A stretch of DNA of 64,000 nucleotides from Camelus dromedarius (taxonomy: Eukaryota), in contig NC_087437.1 of NCBI RefSeq assembly GCF_036321535.1, positions 51,958,001-52,022,000 of the forward strand. Direction: 5' to 3'. A model generated the notes under the pieces. The model ran no database searches. It saw only the letters and a list, made by a program, of their open reading frames with translations, and was not told where the DNA came from. Both the position numbers and the translations under genes were made by a program. Shown here piece after piece: positions 52,601 to 64,000 of the stretch; position 1 is the stretch's first letter; each line of letters opens with the position of its first letter.

Positions 52601-53303
52601 GTTTCTCCCTCAAACTTTTGAAAAAGGCCAAAGTTATGGGTTGCCATTCACTTGATATATGTCTATACATGATGAATATAAAGCAGTCAAAATGTTATGA
52701 AACTGAGAAGTTAAATCAACCTTAAAATAACTGGTTTGGAGGGTAGTGACAAAATATGGACAACCTTAATTACCTGAGCCATCATTAGGAACAACTGTAC
52801 CATATTATCAATTTGAAGTATTTTCTTTACAAATGTTCTTTGTAAAGTTGTGAGATAAATACATATTTTCCACCTAATGTTTGTTATGTTATAAATTCTT
52901 TATAAACTTAAAATACCTACATAATGTTTTATTTAAATAGCAAATTTACTTAACTGTTCTTCCATGTATGTTTCATTTCAATGTCTTCCTCCTGTCCCCC
53001 TCCTTCTCTTGCTTCATCTGTTACAGAGCTGCAGTGAATACCTTAATGCATTAAAAAATTTTTTTCTTAAATATATTTAGGATACATTTCCAGATAGAAT
53101 TACTGGATAAAAATATTTTCACAGTTTTAAGACTTTTGACACAGAGTGCCAAATTGCTTACCAAAAGCATGGTACAAAGTTAAACATTCTCCCAACAATC
53201 TAACAGTGTCTGAAGCAGACCACTTTCATTATGTGTTGTGTCTAACCCGTGGGCCATTGGACAGAGATATGCTGCTGATGCTTTCTTTATGTTTTCTCTA
53301 CAG

Positions 53304-53350
53304 GATATGGTGCCTGTCATAGTGGATTACTGCCTTCTGCTACAGCGAAA
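53304..53350 (+). CDS. VPS8: VPS8 exon P (47 nt): DMVPVIVDYCLLLQR(K)
   Basis: ttctctacag|GATATG...CGAAA|gtaagt; follows a 23,490-nt intron. Confidence 0.95.
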
Positions 53351-53684
53351 GTAAGTTTACATTGCCTGTCAGATTTAATTATTTTGAATCCAGGTTGCCT
53401 CTTGCTTGTATTATAATTTACTACTATAAATTCTATGAATTTGACTGAATAGATTTTTTTTAAAAAATGAATTTACAGTAATTTGATTCTTTAACAATTT
53501 TCAGTCCATTTACCTAATAAAATAACTTGTCCAACATAGATGCTGTGAGTGTTTCATCTATATATTTATGTGGCAGGATAGTGGAGATGAAGAACATAGC
53601 TAACAAAAGAGCAATACTACTTAAAGATCTTAAAAGTAAACATGCATGATTCATATACTATATAATGTATATATATTTATACAC

Positions 53685-53725
<41 letters not shown>

Positions 53726-53732
53726 TCTCTCT
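53685..53732. repeat. Compound microsatellite (TA)9(CA)11(CT)4
   Basis: Read directly from the sequence. Confidence 0.95.
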
Positions 53733-53939
53733 TTTATGAATCATCACTAAGATGCAGTATTTCCTACCACCCAAAAAAGGACAAGATTTATTACGCTTAT
53801 GCAGTGTTGGTTTTTAGAGCCTTTTTGCTTTTGAAAGAAATCAGTGTAAGTAAACTCTTGATTAGGCTTTATTCATTTAAATAGTAATTATGTAAACTAA
53901 CCAACCTGTACTAGTTCACATTTTTTCACGTTTATAATA

Positions 53940-54160
53940 GTTAGCTTCCTACATGTCAGGTATTGTTCCAAACACTACATTAAATTGTCTAATTTTTATA
54001 ACAACATATCTGATTTTTATAACAGCGAGGTAGGTATTGTTATCACTTTACATAAGAGGTTCTAGAGGCAATAAGTGGCTAATTAACTTGCCAAAGCTCA
54101 CTCACATTTCTGTTAGGAGCAAAGGTGGGATTCTCATCCAGGCAGTCTAGCTCCTAGTTC
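53940..54160 (-). mobile_element. MIR SINE
   Basis: gaggtaggtattgttatc...aattaacttgccaaagctcac...ggattctcatccaggcagtct. Confidence 0.7.
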
Positions 54161-54596
54161 TCTTCAACATTCTCAAATTTTCAAAGTATTTGTGATATTA
54201 AGATTGTTTTCTTGAATGCTCAAATTGTGCATAACACAAATATAATCTTACAAAACAAAATCTAGTACTCAGCCAATTTCAGATAACTTCTTCCACTTCT
54301 AGGGTCATCACTTAGACACTCAATTCCAGCCTCCAGATGCCTCTTATATTAATATTTTCTGATTGGGTACATTATACTCAGTCCTTATTTTCATATATTG
54401 TGCTGTTTCTTATGTAGATCAAATTATGAACACAATACATATTGTGAGATTAATTTTAACTCAGTATCACAACCATTATTATACTATAATCACTGTTACC
54501 TCAGTATCATAAGTCATAGAATCCCATAACCAGCTGAAATATTAATTGAACTAGTGTATATATGTTTTCGCATTCATACTTAAGAATTCTTTTATA

Positions 54597-54962
54597 CTAA
54601 GTGAAGTAAGCCAGAAAGAGAAACAAAAATACCATACGAGATCGCTCATATGTGGAATCTAAACAAACAAACAAAGCATAAATACAAAACAGAAATAGAC
54701 TCATAGACATAGAATACGAACTTGTGGTTGCCAAGGGGGCGGGGGGTGAGAAGGGATAGGCTGGGATTTCAAAATTGTAGAATAGATAAGCAAGATTATA
54801 TTGTATAGCACAGAGAAATACATACGAGATCTTATGGTAGCTCACAGAGAAAAATATGTGACAATGAATATATATATGTTCATGTATAACTGAAAAATTG
54901 TTTTCTACACTGGAATTTGACACATTGTAAAATGATTATAAATCGATATAAAATGATAAAAA
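54597..54962 (+). mobile_element. Younger 5'-truncated L1 3' end with TSD (same subfamily as 22870-23676)
   Basis: ctaagtgaagtaagccagaaagagaaac...; exact 15-bp TSD aagaattcttttata at 54582-54596 and 54963-54977. Confidence 0.92.
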
Positions 54963-57900
54963 AAGAATTCTTTTATAGTGTAAAATCATTCTAACTGTGG
55001 CAGGAACCACACTTTTTCTCGTGGGGCATACTGATCAATGTGTTATGGACATATTTTTTGGTTAAAATTTGGCTTTTTTGTCTTTCTGTGAATTGTTTAA
55101 AATCAGAAATGATAGGAAATTCAGTTTTTGAAGACATACTTTTTTTTTCATAATTTGGTCTCTGTTCACACAATTTTATTTCAGTTTGTTAGTGTGTATT
55201 TTTTTCAAGATTGAAAGATAGAAAATGTCTTAAAGCTTTTGCAGCGTATTTAGTGACTTGTCGTTTTGCTTATATAGCAGTAGCTATAATTTCAGTTTAT
55301 TTTGAAAATAGGTCCAGAGTTTACTTGAACTATAACTGTAACTTTAAAGATTATTTAAAAGTAAGTGGTATGTTATTATATGTGAATTATATCTCAGTGA
55401 TGACATTATAAAACAAAATAAAGTGAAATAGGTGCTGTGTGCAGATGATCTTGAGCACTTTGAGCTTATGTCATGGTAAGTAGATATCCAAAAAGAAGCC
55501 ATCATTCAGATAACTTGAATTGTATATAAATCTGGAAAATATTTCTGTTAAATTTAAAGGGAACCTGAAGTTGTCTTTTGATAGCCAGAGTGTTTGTTTA
55601 ACCTTGTTGTTCAACATTAAGATTATTATTTGCAAAACAGAAAGATCTTAATTATGAAGCATGGTTAAGGAACTTGACATTTTGAGTTTTCTCATCATTT
55701 TCTTGATAACTATATGTTGAAATTTTAAACATCAAAGCTAGGGGAAAAGTATGCTGTGTCTTTTTAATTTTATTGAATAGCTATATTGAGATATAACTCA
55801 CATACCATAAAATTTATCCTTTTAAAGAGTACAGTTCAGTGGTTTTCAGCATATTCAGAGTTGTACAACCACCACTACAATTAAACCATGCTTTTTTAAA
55901 GGAAATACCTGTCTCAGAAAACAGAGCATTTTGAACACAATTTCTTGACGATCGTTTGAACTTTGTTTTTAATTTTATAAATAAAGAGACCAGGTTAAAT
56001 CAACTTTGGATTTATTGAATCCCACTTATATTTAGTCTAGATTTATTTATTTCGTTCTGGTTATATATTTATTATACACTGGCAAGAGTTAGGATTGATG
56101 CCTTTGCTCCCTTAGCCAGCCTCTGAATTTGTAATTATCTCATCATAATTAAAGCTGAGTTCTTCTCATTTTTTAATTGTAAAACTGATAATGCCAAAAG
56201 TGAGTTTGGTCATTTTCTCTATCAATTTGAAGTTATGAATGATAAACTCCAAATGATATTTTTAATAATGAGTATTAATGAAAAGTGAAGTTATGTTAAA
56301 GACCTCTTTGATGGCCCTCTATCGTTCAGAATGAAGTTTTCTGTTATACCAGCTATAGGGAGGCTACGCATGAACTGATGAACATCAGTTTTGAAGTTAG
56401 CCTTTCCAGGAATCAAAGTCAGCACCCTGGAGTATAATGCCTAAATGTAAAAAGAAATACAAGAGCCAAAAAGTTTTTTTGTATGTACTTTTTTTTCTCC
56501 TTGTTTCTCTGATGTTCTAATAAATAGTCCCCCAGAAAGATGAGAACATGTTTTAGAATTTTGTTTTATTTTTATTTTAAGGTAGAAATGCAGATAGGAG
56601 TTGCTGAGTTTTCCTTGCTTCTCTGTTATAGCCTGTAACTGGTTAATCTTAACAACATTGCATGCTGCTATTTGTCACAGGAGTGACTTGCTTGTCAACT
56701 TTTATGCTCTGTTTTTTGAATTTTAGCTCTTTAATTCTCTTCACCAGGGATTTTTGTGTTGAACTAAAATGTATAATTATCTTTCTTAGCATATTGTTTT
56801 TGACAACATCATGAGTGCAAGGGCTAGCAAATATGTCTTTTTCTTTAAATTCATTAAAATTACTTTGTTACTCTTTTTATCTTTCTCACAGTAAAGCTTT
56901 TTTTAATCTCAGTTTCGTTTAGTTGGCTAGTAATTGGTAATCACAGAAATGTAATGGACTATTGATCAAAATGAAACCAACGTGAAAAATGCTCTGATAA
57001 ATATGAAGCAAAGGGGGAAATGATGCAAAAATTACATTTGTGGATATGAGAAAAAATAAATGGATATGGATTTTCCTCCCAAGATATTGCAAATACTGTT
57101 TATTGAAAAGTGACATGTGGTTCTGGTGCAGTTGCAGCCAGCCCATGTATCACCTGTCGCCTTCCAGGACTTCAGATTAGGCAAGATCCCATCCCACTGC
57201 TTTCAGAATCTTCCTTGACCTTTTTGTGGAACTTATCATGAAAGACCACACCTATGGATCAACCATCTACCACTTTTCGCAATTGACAGGATGCACATAT
57301 ATAGAGAGTATACATTTAATAAATAAATATACATAAATAATCAGTCAATCCTAACAGGTAAATAGAATTAGCACAGTTTTTGTATTAAAAAAAGAATTAG
57401 TGAATGATACAAGTCAATACAATGTATAAATGGAAATATGAAAAACATTTAATCCTGCCAGTCATCAAAGAAGTTAAAACAGTGATGTTATTCAATTTAC
57501 ACATTAAATTATGTGGGGGAAAAACCAAACACAGTTAAAACTGGTGTGATTATACATTGCTGATGGCAGTATAAATTAGTGCTGTGATGATTTTTGAAGG
57601 TAATTTAGTAATACATTTTAAGTGTCGTGAAATTTTTCATATTTTTGACTTTAGATAAATTTCTAAAAGTAGAATGACTAAGTAATTAAGCCCCCCAAAT
57701 GGAAATGACTATATATGTAGGTGTTCATTGTGGCATTACTCTTAAGAGAGAAATATTGGAAATAAGTGATTTAGCATATAGCCAGCACTACAGGAATAGT
57801 TAAGTAAATTGTGATATCTCAGCATACTGAAACATTGTGAATTAGATAAAATGGTAATTTTACAGAGTAAAGGGCAACTTAAGTAATGCTTATCATATAA

Positions 57901-58324
57901 TATTGCATGAAAACCAAAGAAGATTATATTTATGATGTGTGTAAATCTAAAATTATTTCTAGACTCTTTGCAGAAGAAATGCTAAATAAATAAAACACAG
58001 TTATTGAATGTAGTGCATTTGATTAATTAAAAGATTTTTGTTTCTGTAATAAAATAGTTTCCAGACGTATTTTTAAAATATTTAACATTTTTTCTTCCTC
58101 TCCCATGAATAATCACTGCCTAAACCCTTTGGAAAGCAAGGGGTAAGAACAGATGAACGAGCAAATTGGCCCTGCAGATCAGGTGGAAATGTTTAGTTAC
58201 CAGAAAGGAGGAAAGGGTATTGTGAATAGTCCTTTTAATTTTTTCTGCTTCATTGTGATCTTTGTACTACCTGCTCCTGTGTCGGTGTTGCCTTTAAGAA
58301 GCAGTGCGCCATAATGGACTCAGC

Positions 58325-58510
58325 ACAGAGTTTAGGTCAGAAAGCTGGTTCAGATTCCAAATCTATCATTTGTTGGCTGTCTGACTTTCAGCAAATAATT
58401 TAACTTACTCAACTTTTTTTTCTATTTGTGAAAAGTATTGGGAGAATTAATTAAGATAGTATATATGAAAAGGTTTTCACAGTATAAAGCTCTATGCAAA
58501 TATTGTTAAC
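58325..58510 (+). mobile_element. MIR SINE fragment
   Basis: ggttcagattccaaatctatcatttgttggctgtctgactttcagcaaataatttaac. Confidence 0.6.
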
Positions 58511-58624
58511 TGTTTTTAATAAACTTGTAAGTTGAAATACAAAAAGATGAGATATACTTAGTAGACTGAATTTAATGGTTGTTTGGAATGTTCTTAAAAG
58601 TATTTTTTTCCCTTTCTGTTACAG

Positions 58625-58847
58625 GGATCTTTTATTTAGCCAGATGTATGACAAATTAAGTGAGAATTCTGTGGCCAAAGGAGTGTTTTTGGAGTGCCTT
58701 GAACCATATATTTTAAGTGATAAATTGTTGGGGATCACACCTCAGGTAATGAAAGACTTGCTTGTTCATTTCCAAGATAAAAAGTTAATGGAAAATGTGG
58801 AAGCCCTCATTGTACATATGGATATCACCAGCCTAGATATTCAACAG
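58625..58847 (+). CDS. VPS8: VPS8 exon Q (223 nt): DLLFSQMYDKLSENSVAKGVFLECLEPYILSDKLLGITPQVMKDLLVHFQDKKLMENVEALIVHMDITSLDIQQ
   Basis: ctgttacag|GGATCT...CAACAG|gtaagt; within ORF-track 58575..58859. Confidence 0.96.
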
Positions 58848-60199
58848 GTAAGTTTATAGACAGTCTACTAATCTATGTAATAAACATCCTTTATTGATTA
58901 TATTTACTTGATTTATGGGCCTCCCTCTGCCTTCTATCAGTCCCAATAATTTTTGAGCACTTTTTGGTAAAAAGCCTTGTAAACTTGAATTTGTCAATAT
59001 ATTTCTTAAGCCTGTTCTTTAATCTAGTTTATGAACTTTTGTAAGCCAGGAGTCTTCTGTTTCTTTAGCATCCCTCAAAGCTCTTTGCATGGCATTTACA
59101 TTTGGTAGTTGCTCAATAAATGCTTACTGACTGATCATTCTTCATCAGTCTGTTGGCTCATTACTACAGTTTCCATCCTGCAAGTGAATTTCAACTGTGC
59201 GTACTTTCACATGAATAAAGAGTATTTTTACTTTGGAGAGGATGATGCCATTTTTTTTCAGAAAGCTGGTTTATAAAATGTCCAGAGTTGGTAACTTTCA
59301 TATATTGTTTTGAAATGCAGAATATAGTATAAGCAGCAAATTGTAGGACATCTTACTTACTTAGCATAGTCATCCAGCCCATTGTTTGATAATATACCTC
59401 TCCAGTGTGTCCGAGATCTCCACAGTAAGTTTTAAGTCCTTAATTGAGGAGGAGTATGTATCTGACCTAAGGCATTTCACTCTTAACTCTTCATTTAACT
59501 CTTCATTTCCACATTAGTCCTTGTGATGAACATGCTACTCCTGCAAAGTGGTACCAAGGTGCTAAGCCCAATTGAGCTAAAATATTGGTGACTTACAAAG
59601 GTCTTAGAAGGACCAAAAGTTATTTTAAATGTACACACATGGAAGTGAAGAGTTTGGAAAATGGTTATTGTTTTCTTCCTGGAAGCTCTTCATGAATGGC
59701 TGTAAGTTTGCAAAGTAAAGTCAGGTTCTCTTTTATATATGCCTTTCTGTTAATGGGTAATTTGGCATAGTCTTCACGTCTGATAATAGATCAGATGAAT
59801 TGAGAGCATGTTATCAATGTGGCTTTATTTACTGATCACTGATATAAGAGAAATTGCTTATTTCTCCTCCTTTCGCCATTTTTAGCTTTTCTTCAACATT
59901 GTATAAATACACTGTACTCTTTTTCATGTTAAAGCAGCAGTTTAAACAGTCTCCCCCTCAGTTTCCTTTCTTTCCATATCAAACCTTTTCCCCTCTTCCC
60001 CATGTTTCACTGATGCATCTCACTCCTCCCACTTGCAGCCAGATTTTTTGAAAGCATTTTCTAGGTTGCTTCTTCCATATTTTCCACATCCTAATAACTC
60101 TTCCACCTTACTTTCACTAAAGTCAGCAATGACCTCCACACCTACTAAATCAAGCAATATTTTTTCAGATTTTACTTACTCTTTCAACAGCATTTGCAT

Positions 60200-61220
60200 T
60201 AATTCAAGAAGCATTTATTGAGTGACAGGCTCCAAGGATTCTTCAGTGACCCTAATGGACAAGGCGATTCATCCTCTCATGAGGCTTACATTCTAGCAAA
60301 CAAACAAAAAAAGTTTGACCATAAATAGACAAAGAAGTAAACAGACCAGAAATATCCAAAACAAGTGTTATGTTAAAAATCAGACAGGCAGTATGGCAGA
60401 CAGAGAATTAGAGGCTACCTTAGATTGGTTAATTATAGAAAACCTTCCTGAGGAAGTAACATTGAGTCTGGAATCTGAATGACAAGAAGGAATCAGTGAT
60501 GCAGAGATGTTAGAGGAGAAGATTGTTACAGGTAAAAGCAACAGTTAATACAAAAAAAAAAAAAAAAAAAAAAAAAGGATGTATACCTTGGGTGTTAAAA
60601 TTACAAATAAAAGGAAGCCAGATTTGGAGCTTGGTTTCAAGAGAGAGGTGGTCCATTCAGGGCAAGGTAAGATTTTTCCATTTTATTCTGAGTGATTTGG
60701 GAAACCATTAAAAGGTTTTAAGCCAGATCACTCTAGTTTGCTTTAGTGGTAACAGATTGTGGGGTGGGGGTCAAGTACAGAAGCAAGGAGCTTGGCTAAG
60801 AACTGGTTTAGGAGGTGGTCCTGGCCAGAGATGATAGCAGTGAGATGGAGAGAGATGGCTTGACTTTGGATTGTTTCGGAGGTAGAACTAATACGCTGAT
60901 GAATCCAGTGTGAGGGTGTGGAAGGAGAGAATTTAAGGCTGATGCCTAATTTTTTGGCTTGAGAAACAAGGTGGATAGTGATTCCTTGAAGAAGGTTAGA
61001 AGACTGGGGATAGGTCTAAGTTTGAGAGACAAAGTCAGGAGTTCTATTTTGCCATTTTATTTTGAGATAGCTCCCAGGCATTCAGATATCAAGGTATCAA
61101 GTCAGTGGTGAATAAGTATGTCTGAGGGGAGGTTAGGGCTGAAGCTGTAAAGAGATGCATGATCATGGGACTGACTGAGAGGAAGGGTAGTGAGAGAAGA
61201 GAAGAGGTCCCAGAACATGC
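60200..61220 (-). mobile_element. L2 LINE fragment containing an A25 run (60552-60576)
   Basis: attcaagaagcatttattgag...cttacattctag...ttcctgaggaagtaacatt...ggaggtagaact. Confidence 0.75.
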
Positions 61221-61439
61221 CTTCATCTGGAAAGACTCATACGACACCTCACTTCCATTTTCCCTCTTAACCTCTTTGGCTGTTGCTTCTCATTCTTCTC
61301 TGTTGACCCCTACTCTTCTACTTCAGCCTCCTCCTCCTGTACTCAGTGCTGTAATGCAGCTCTCAGAGGAACAGAGTAAAGGGTACTTTGTACTCAAGTC
61401 ATCTCTATTCCTCTTCCTGAATTTTTTCTCAAATTGATT

Positions 61440-61830
61440 TCTGTCCATCCTTAAACACTTCAGACTCCTTTCATCCTTACTGCTCCTTCTGCCTGCAGAG
61501 TCCCTAGTTTCCAGCTTTGCTTTTGGCTGACATACATGTATCCCTTAGGTCATAGCTTAAATATTGCTCCCTCGGGGATGACCTTGAATACTCCAGACCA
61601 AGTCAGGTTCCTTTATAAACTTGCATTTGTAAATGAATTATTTGTTTAATTGAGTATCTTCCCCAAGTCATAAATCACACATTTTGTGCCCCTTTTCTGA
61701 TGGGTGTCCATGATGAATGGCAGTTCTGCCAGGGTGGAGACGGGGTCTGGGTTTGTCTTATCTATTACGTTATCCCCAGTGCCTAGGAGAGGACCTGAAT
61801 ACAAGCGCTCAGTAAATATTTGTAGAACTA
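61440..61830 (+). mobile_element. L2 LINE 3' fragment
   Basis: tatccccagtgcctagga...gcgctcagtaaatatttgtagaa. Confidence 0.65.
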
Positions 61831-62116
61831 GTGACCAAAGGTAAAATAAATATGGAAAGGGAGAGAATAGAGAAGAAATAAAATCAGATGTTGGAGGATC
61901 TTTACAAGTACCTATAATGTGATTGAAAGTAATATTAAACCTACAACAGCTCTTACCTGGGTGTTATGTTTTACCTTAATTTCAATTTTTTTCAGAGAAG
62001 GAATGAAAAAAATTAAGGAAAAGAATTCAAGATTTTCCCCATTCTTAAAGCTTTAAGGAAAGTAATTGGTGAGACTTACTGAACTGTATGGACCAAACAA
62101 CTTTTCCTTTTTACAG

Positions 62117-62206
62117 GTAGTTCTCATGTGTTGGGAAAATCGGCTATATGATGCTATGATCTATGTGTACAACAGAGGCATGAATGAATTTATTAGTCCA
62201 ATGGAG
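62117..62206 (+). CDS. VPS8: VPS8 exon R (90 nt): VVLMCWENRLYDAMIYVYNRGMNEFISPME
   Basis: tttttacag|GTAGTT...ATGGAG|gtaaga. Confidence 0.95.
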
Positions 62207-63808
62207 GTAAGATACTTCCTAACTTGGACACACATTTAATATTCAATTAGTTTTTTTTCCCCTTCCCTGTTTGCTTTGAATAGTTTGTTCTCATCCAGTC
62301 ATTTTTTAATTTCTTGTAGATTTATTAGACTTGCACCTGTTGTTAAGGACTTTTAGGTAGCCTTTAATTTTATACCTACTGCCTTTGCTTTCTTTTTTAA
62401 CCTGCATAAGTAGGTATTTAAATCCCAAGGAACAATAGATAAAACTAAAAGTAATGCTTGCCTATTAGACTTCAAGTTTTTTCCTGAGAAGTTTTGATAT
62501 TATGATACATCTTCCAAGAAATATAATAAATTTATTATGTATACTTGTATATGGTAAGTGTGCTATTGAGTAATGCTATTTTGTAGATATATTATGTTGA
62601 GGGGGAGGTCCTGAAAATGGTGGGAAGTCATTATTTGTTAATTGCTAATTTATTGCTTTTCCCATTTCAGAATTTTATCGCATTCATTATAATTTCTTAT
62701 TCTCCTAATCTTTAGAAGAGAGCATCTAAAAAGCATTTAGGCTTGTTTTAAAAAGAACCAAACCCATTCCATCTTGTTATTTACCTTAAATTTGAGGACA
62801 GAATTATGGATAATGGATTGTGGATATACACAGTGTCCTGCCAGCCCATTGCTTTATTACAGCTACTTAATTACATGAGTCAGAAGAGCCAGGCATCTGC
62901 TGAAGGTGTCCAGTCAACGTTTTTGTGTATTTAATGGGCATCCAAAATTATTTTCAGTATGAATAAGTCAGCAGTCATTCTATGATATTTCAGTCTTCTT
63001 TAAACATATTTAGCTTGATAGGTGAATATCCCTCTAATTCATAACTCCTTCAGGTTTGGTTGCACTTCTTGTTCCTTGGTCATTTTCCAAAGTGAGTGCC
63101 ACAGCCCTTCGCTCTCGTTTTGACCTTGATTGTCTGTGTGTCAAATAAATATTAACATTTGAACACCTCTCAGCTGCCTCCTCAGTGAGATCCGTGCATG
63201 CAAAAATGTTCTCTGCAAAAATGTTCTCTGTCCCACTATTAAACCACAATTAGGAAGAATTAATGCAATTTCTAGTTACTCTCAAAATAGTCTTTGAAAA
63301 CAGATTCTAATTTGATGCATTCTGTGTTGATAAAAATGATTGCTGGATTTTGTAATTGTTGCTTTTGAAGTTTTTGTTTTGTATGGGATTTTTATTCTTC
63401 AAAATCTGGTTTTCATTTATAACTATACATCTCAGATGGAACACTGAGCTACTGAGGTTGCCTTGTTTTGTGTTAAAAGTAGTTTTCAAGTTTAATGGCT
63501 TTCAGCAGGAGCTTGGAATTTGTTATTAAATAGTTACTTGGAGAGTTTAGCAGTGGGAGGTTAGATGCATCTTATGATGCCTCTTTTATAATTCTCTGCC
63601 TGTAATGACATCACTATTCATAGTGTTTAAAATTTAGTAATTTCAGTTTAAAGAGGTCCAAATTAAGAGGAACTATAGTGCTTTCTGAAAGTTCCTAGAT
63701 TTCCTAGAATGAAGAACAGTGTCATCATCTTTGTGATGAGTTCTATAGCCTCTGAAATCTTTCCTTAATTCTAGTTTTGACTGCTTCTGAGGTAAAAGGA
63801 GTCCCTTG

Positions 63809-64000
63809 TGTTGGGAGGAAAAACTTTTTCTCTGTAGACTGAAATCTGAATAGTGGGGAGAGGACTGCAAATTAACTGAAAATAGATTAACAGGAGAAAA
63901 TACAAGATTTATTCACACCTGTACTGGGAGCTCTCAGTAATGAGTAAATCACTGAATAGCCAGAGGTAAAGGTTTATATACCAGTTCAACAAAACTTTGG
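63809..64000 (-). mobile_element. Probable ERV LTR 3' part (runs off the window end)
   Basis: Minus strand reads TATATAAA (63980-63973), AATAAA (63914-63909), then terminal ...CCAACA at 63809; U3-R-U5 order. Confidence 0.55.

Larger units (their letters stand above)
540..62206 (+). other. VPS8: VPS8 gene, internal portion (18 coding exons, labelled A-R in window order; 538 codons covering the beta-propeller/WD40-like region into the Vps8 helical region)
   Basis: The 18 AG/GT-bounded exons have matching phases and sum to 1614 nt with no stop. The peptide matches the mammalian VPS8 sequence as I recall it (e.g. DQNQALRLCLGSTSVGGQYGAISALSINNDCSRLLCGFAKGQITMWDL; KGVFLECLEPYILSDKL). Confidence 0.97.

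Noticed and set aside
60552..60576. A25 run as the tail of a processed pseudogene
   Set aside because: It sits within continuous L2 sequence with no upstream ORF or TSD; a simple homopolymer expansion.
62111..62122. cag|GT starts of exons R and I as recursive splice sites
   Set aside because: The reconstituted donors (GTAGTT, GTTAAG) are poor, and the GT is explained by Val codons.
2356..63870. The remaining 60-130 aa ORFs in the six-frame track
   Set aside because: Low-complexity F/L/I-rich translations of AT-rich intron or repeat DNA, many with non-ATG starts, no splice support and no recognisable domains.
1..64000. A novel multi-gene system, CRISPR array, nested gene, snoRNA or miRNA
   Set aside because: The window is a eukaryotic exon-intron locus explained by VPS8 plus repeats. 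I saw no spaced repeat array, second spliced ORF or convincing box C/D or H/ACA structure, although an Infernal/Rfam scan was not run.

Overview
This is AT-rich, CpG-depleted mammalian genomic DNA lying entirely inside one multi-exon gene on the + strand: VPS8, the CORVET tethering-complex subunit. I traced 18 coding exons (540..62206), all with AG/GT boundaries and compatible phases. They splice into an uninterrupted 1614-nt (538-codon) internal CDS segment, AVSSLIAVGTSHGLALIF[GK]DQNQALR...NEFISPME; the start and stop codons lie outside the window. One exon is a 6-nt microexon (3592..3597, adds Gly-Lys) with an RBFOX motif just downstream. The introns are filled with transposon fossils (L1 of several ages, L2, L3/CR1, MIR, MER58/MER5/Charlie1, a Tigger1 derivative, MLT1/MLT2 and ERV-like LTRs). 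Two tRNA-derived Vic-1-like SINEs suggest a camelid genome. Repeat family names come from recalled consensus sequences, not from a database search. I found no convincing new gene system. The best leads are at the RNA-processing level: the microexon and its regulatory motifs, an inverted SINE pair bracketing two frame-preserving exons, an L2 fossil abutting a splice acceptor, and several candidate cryptic donors and poison exons.
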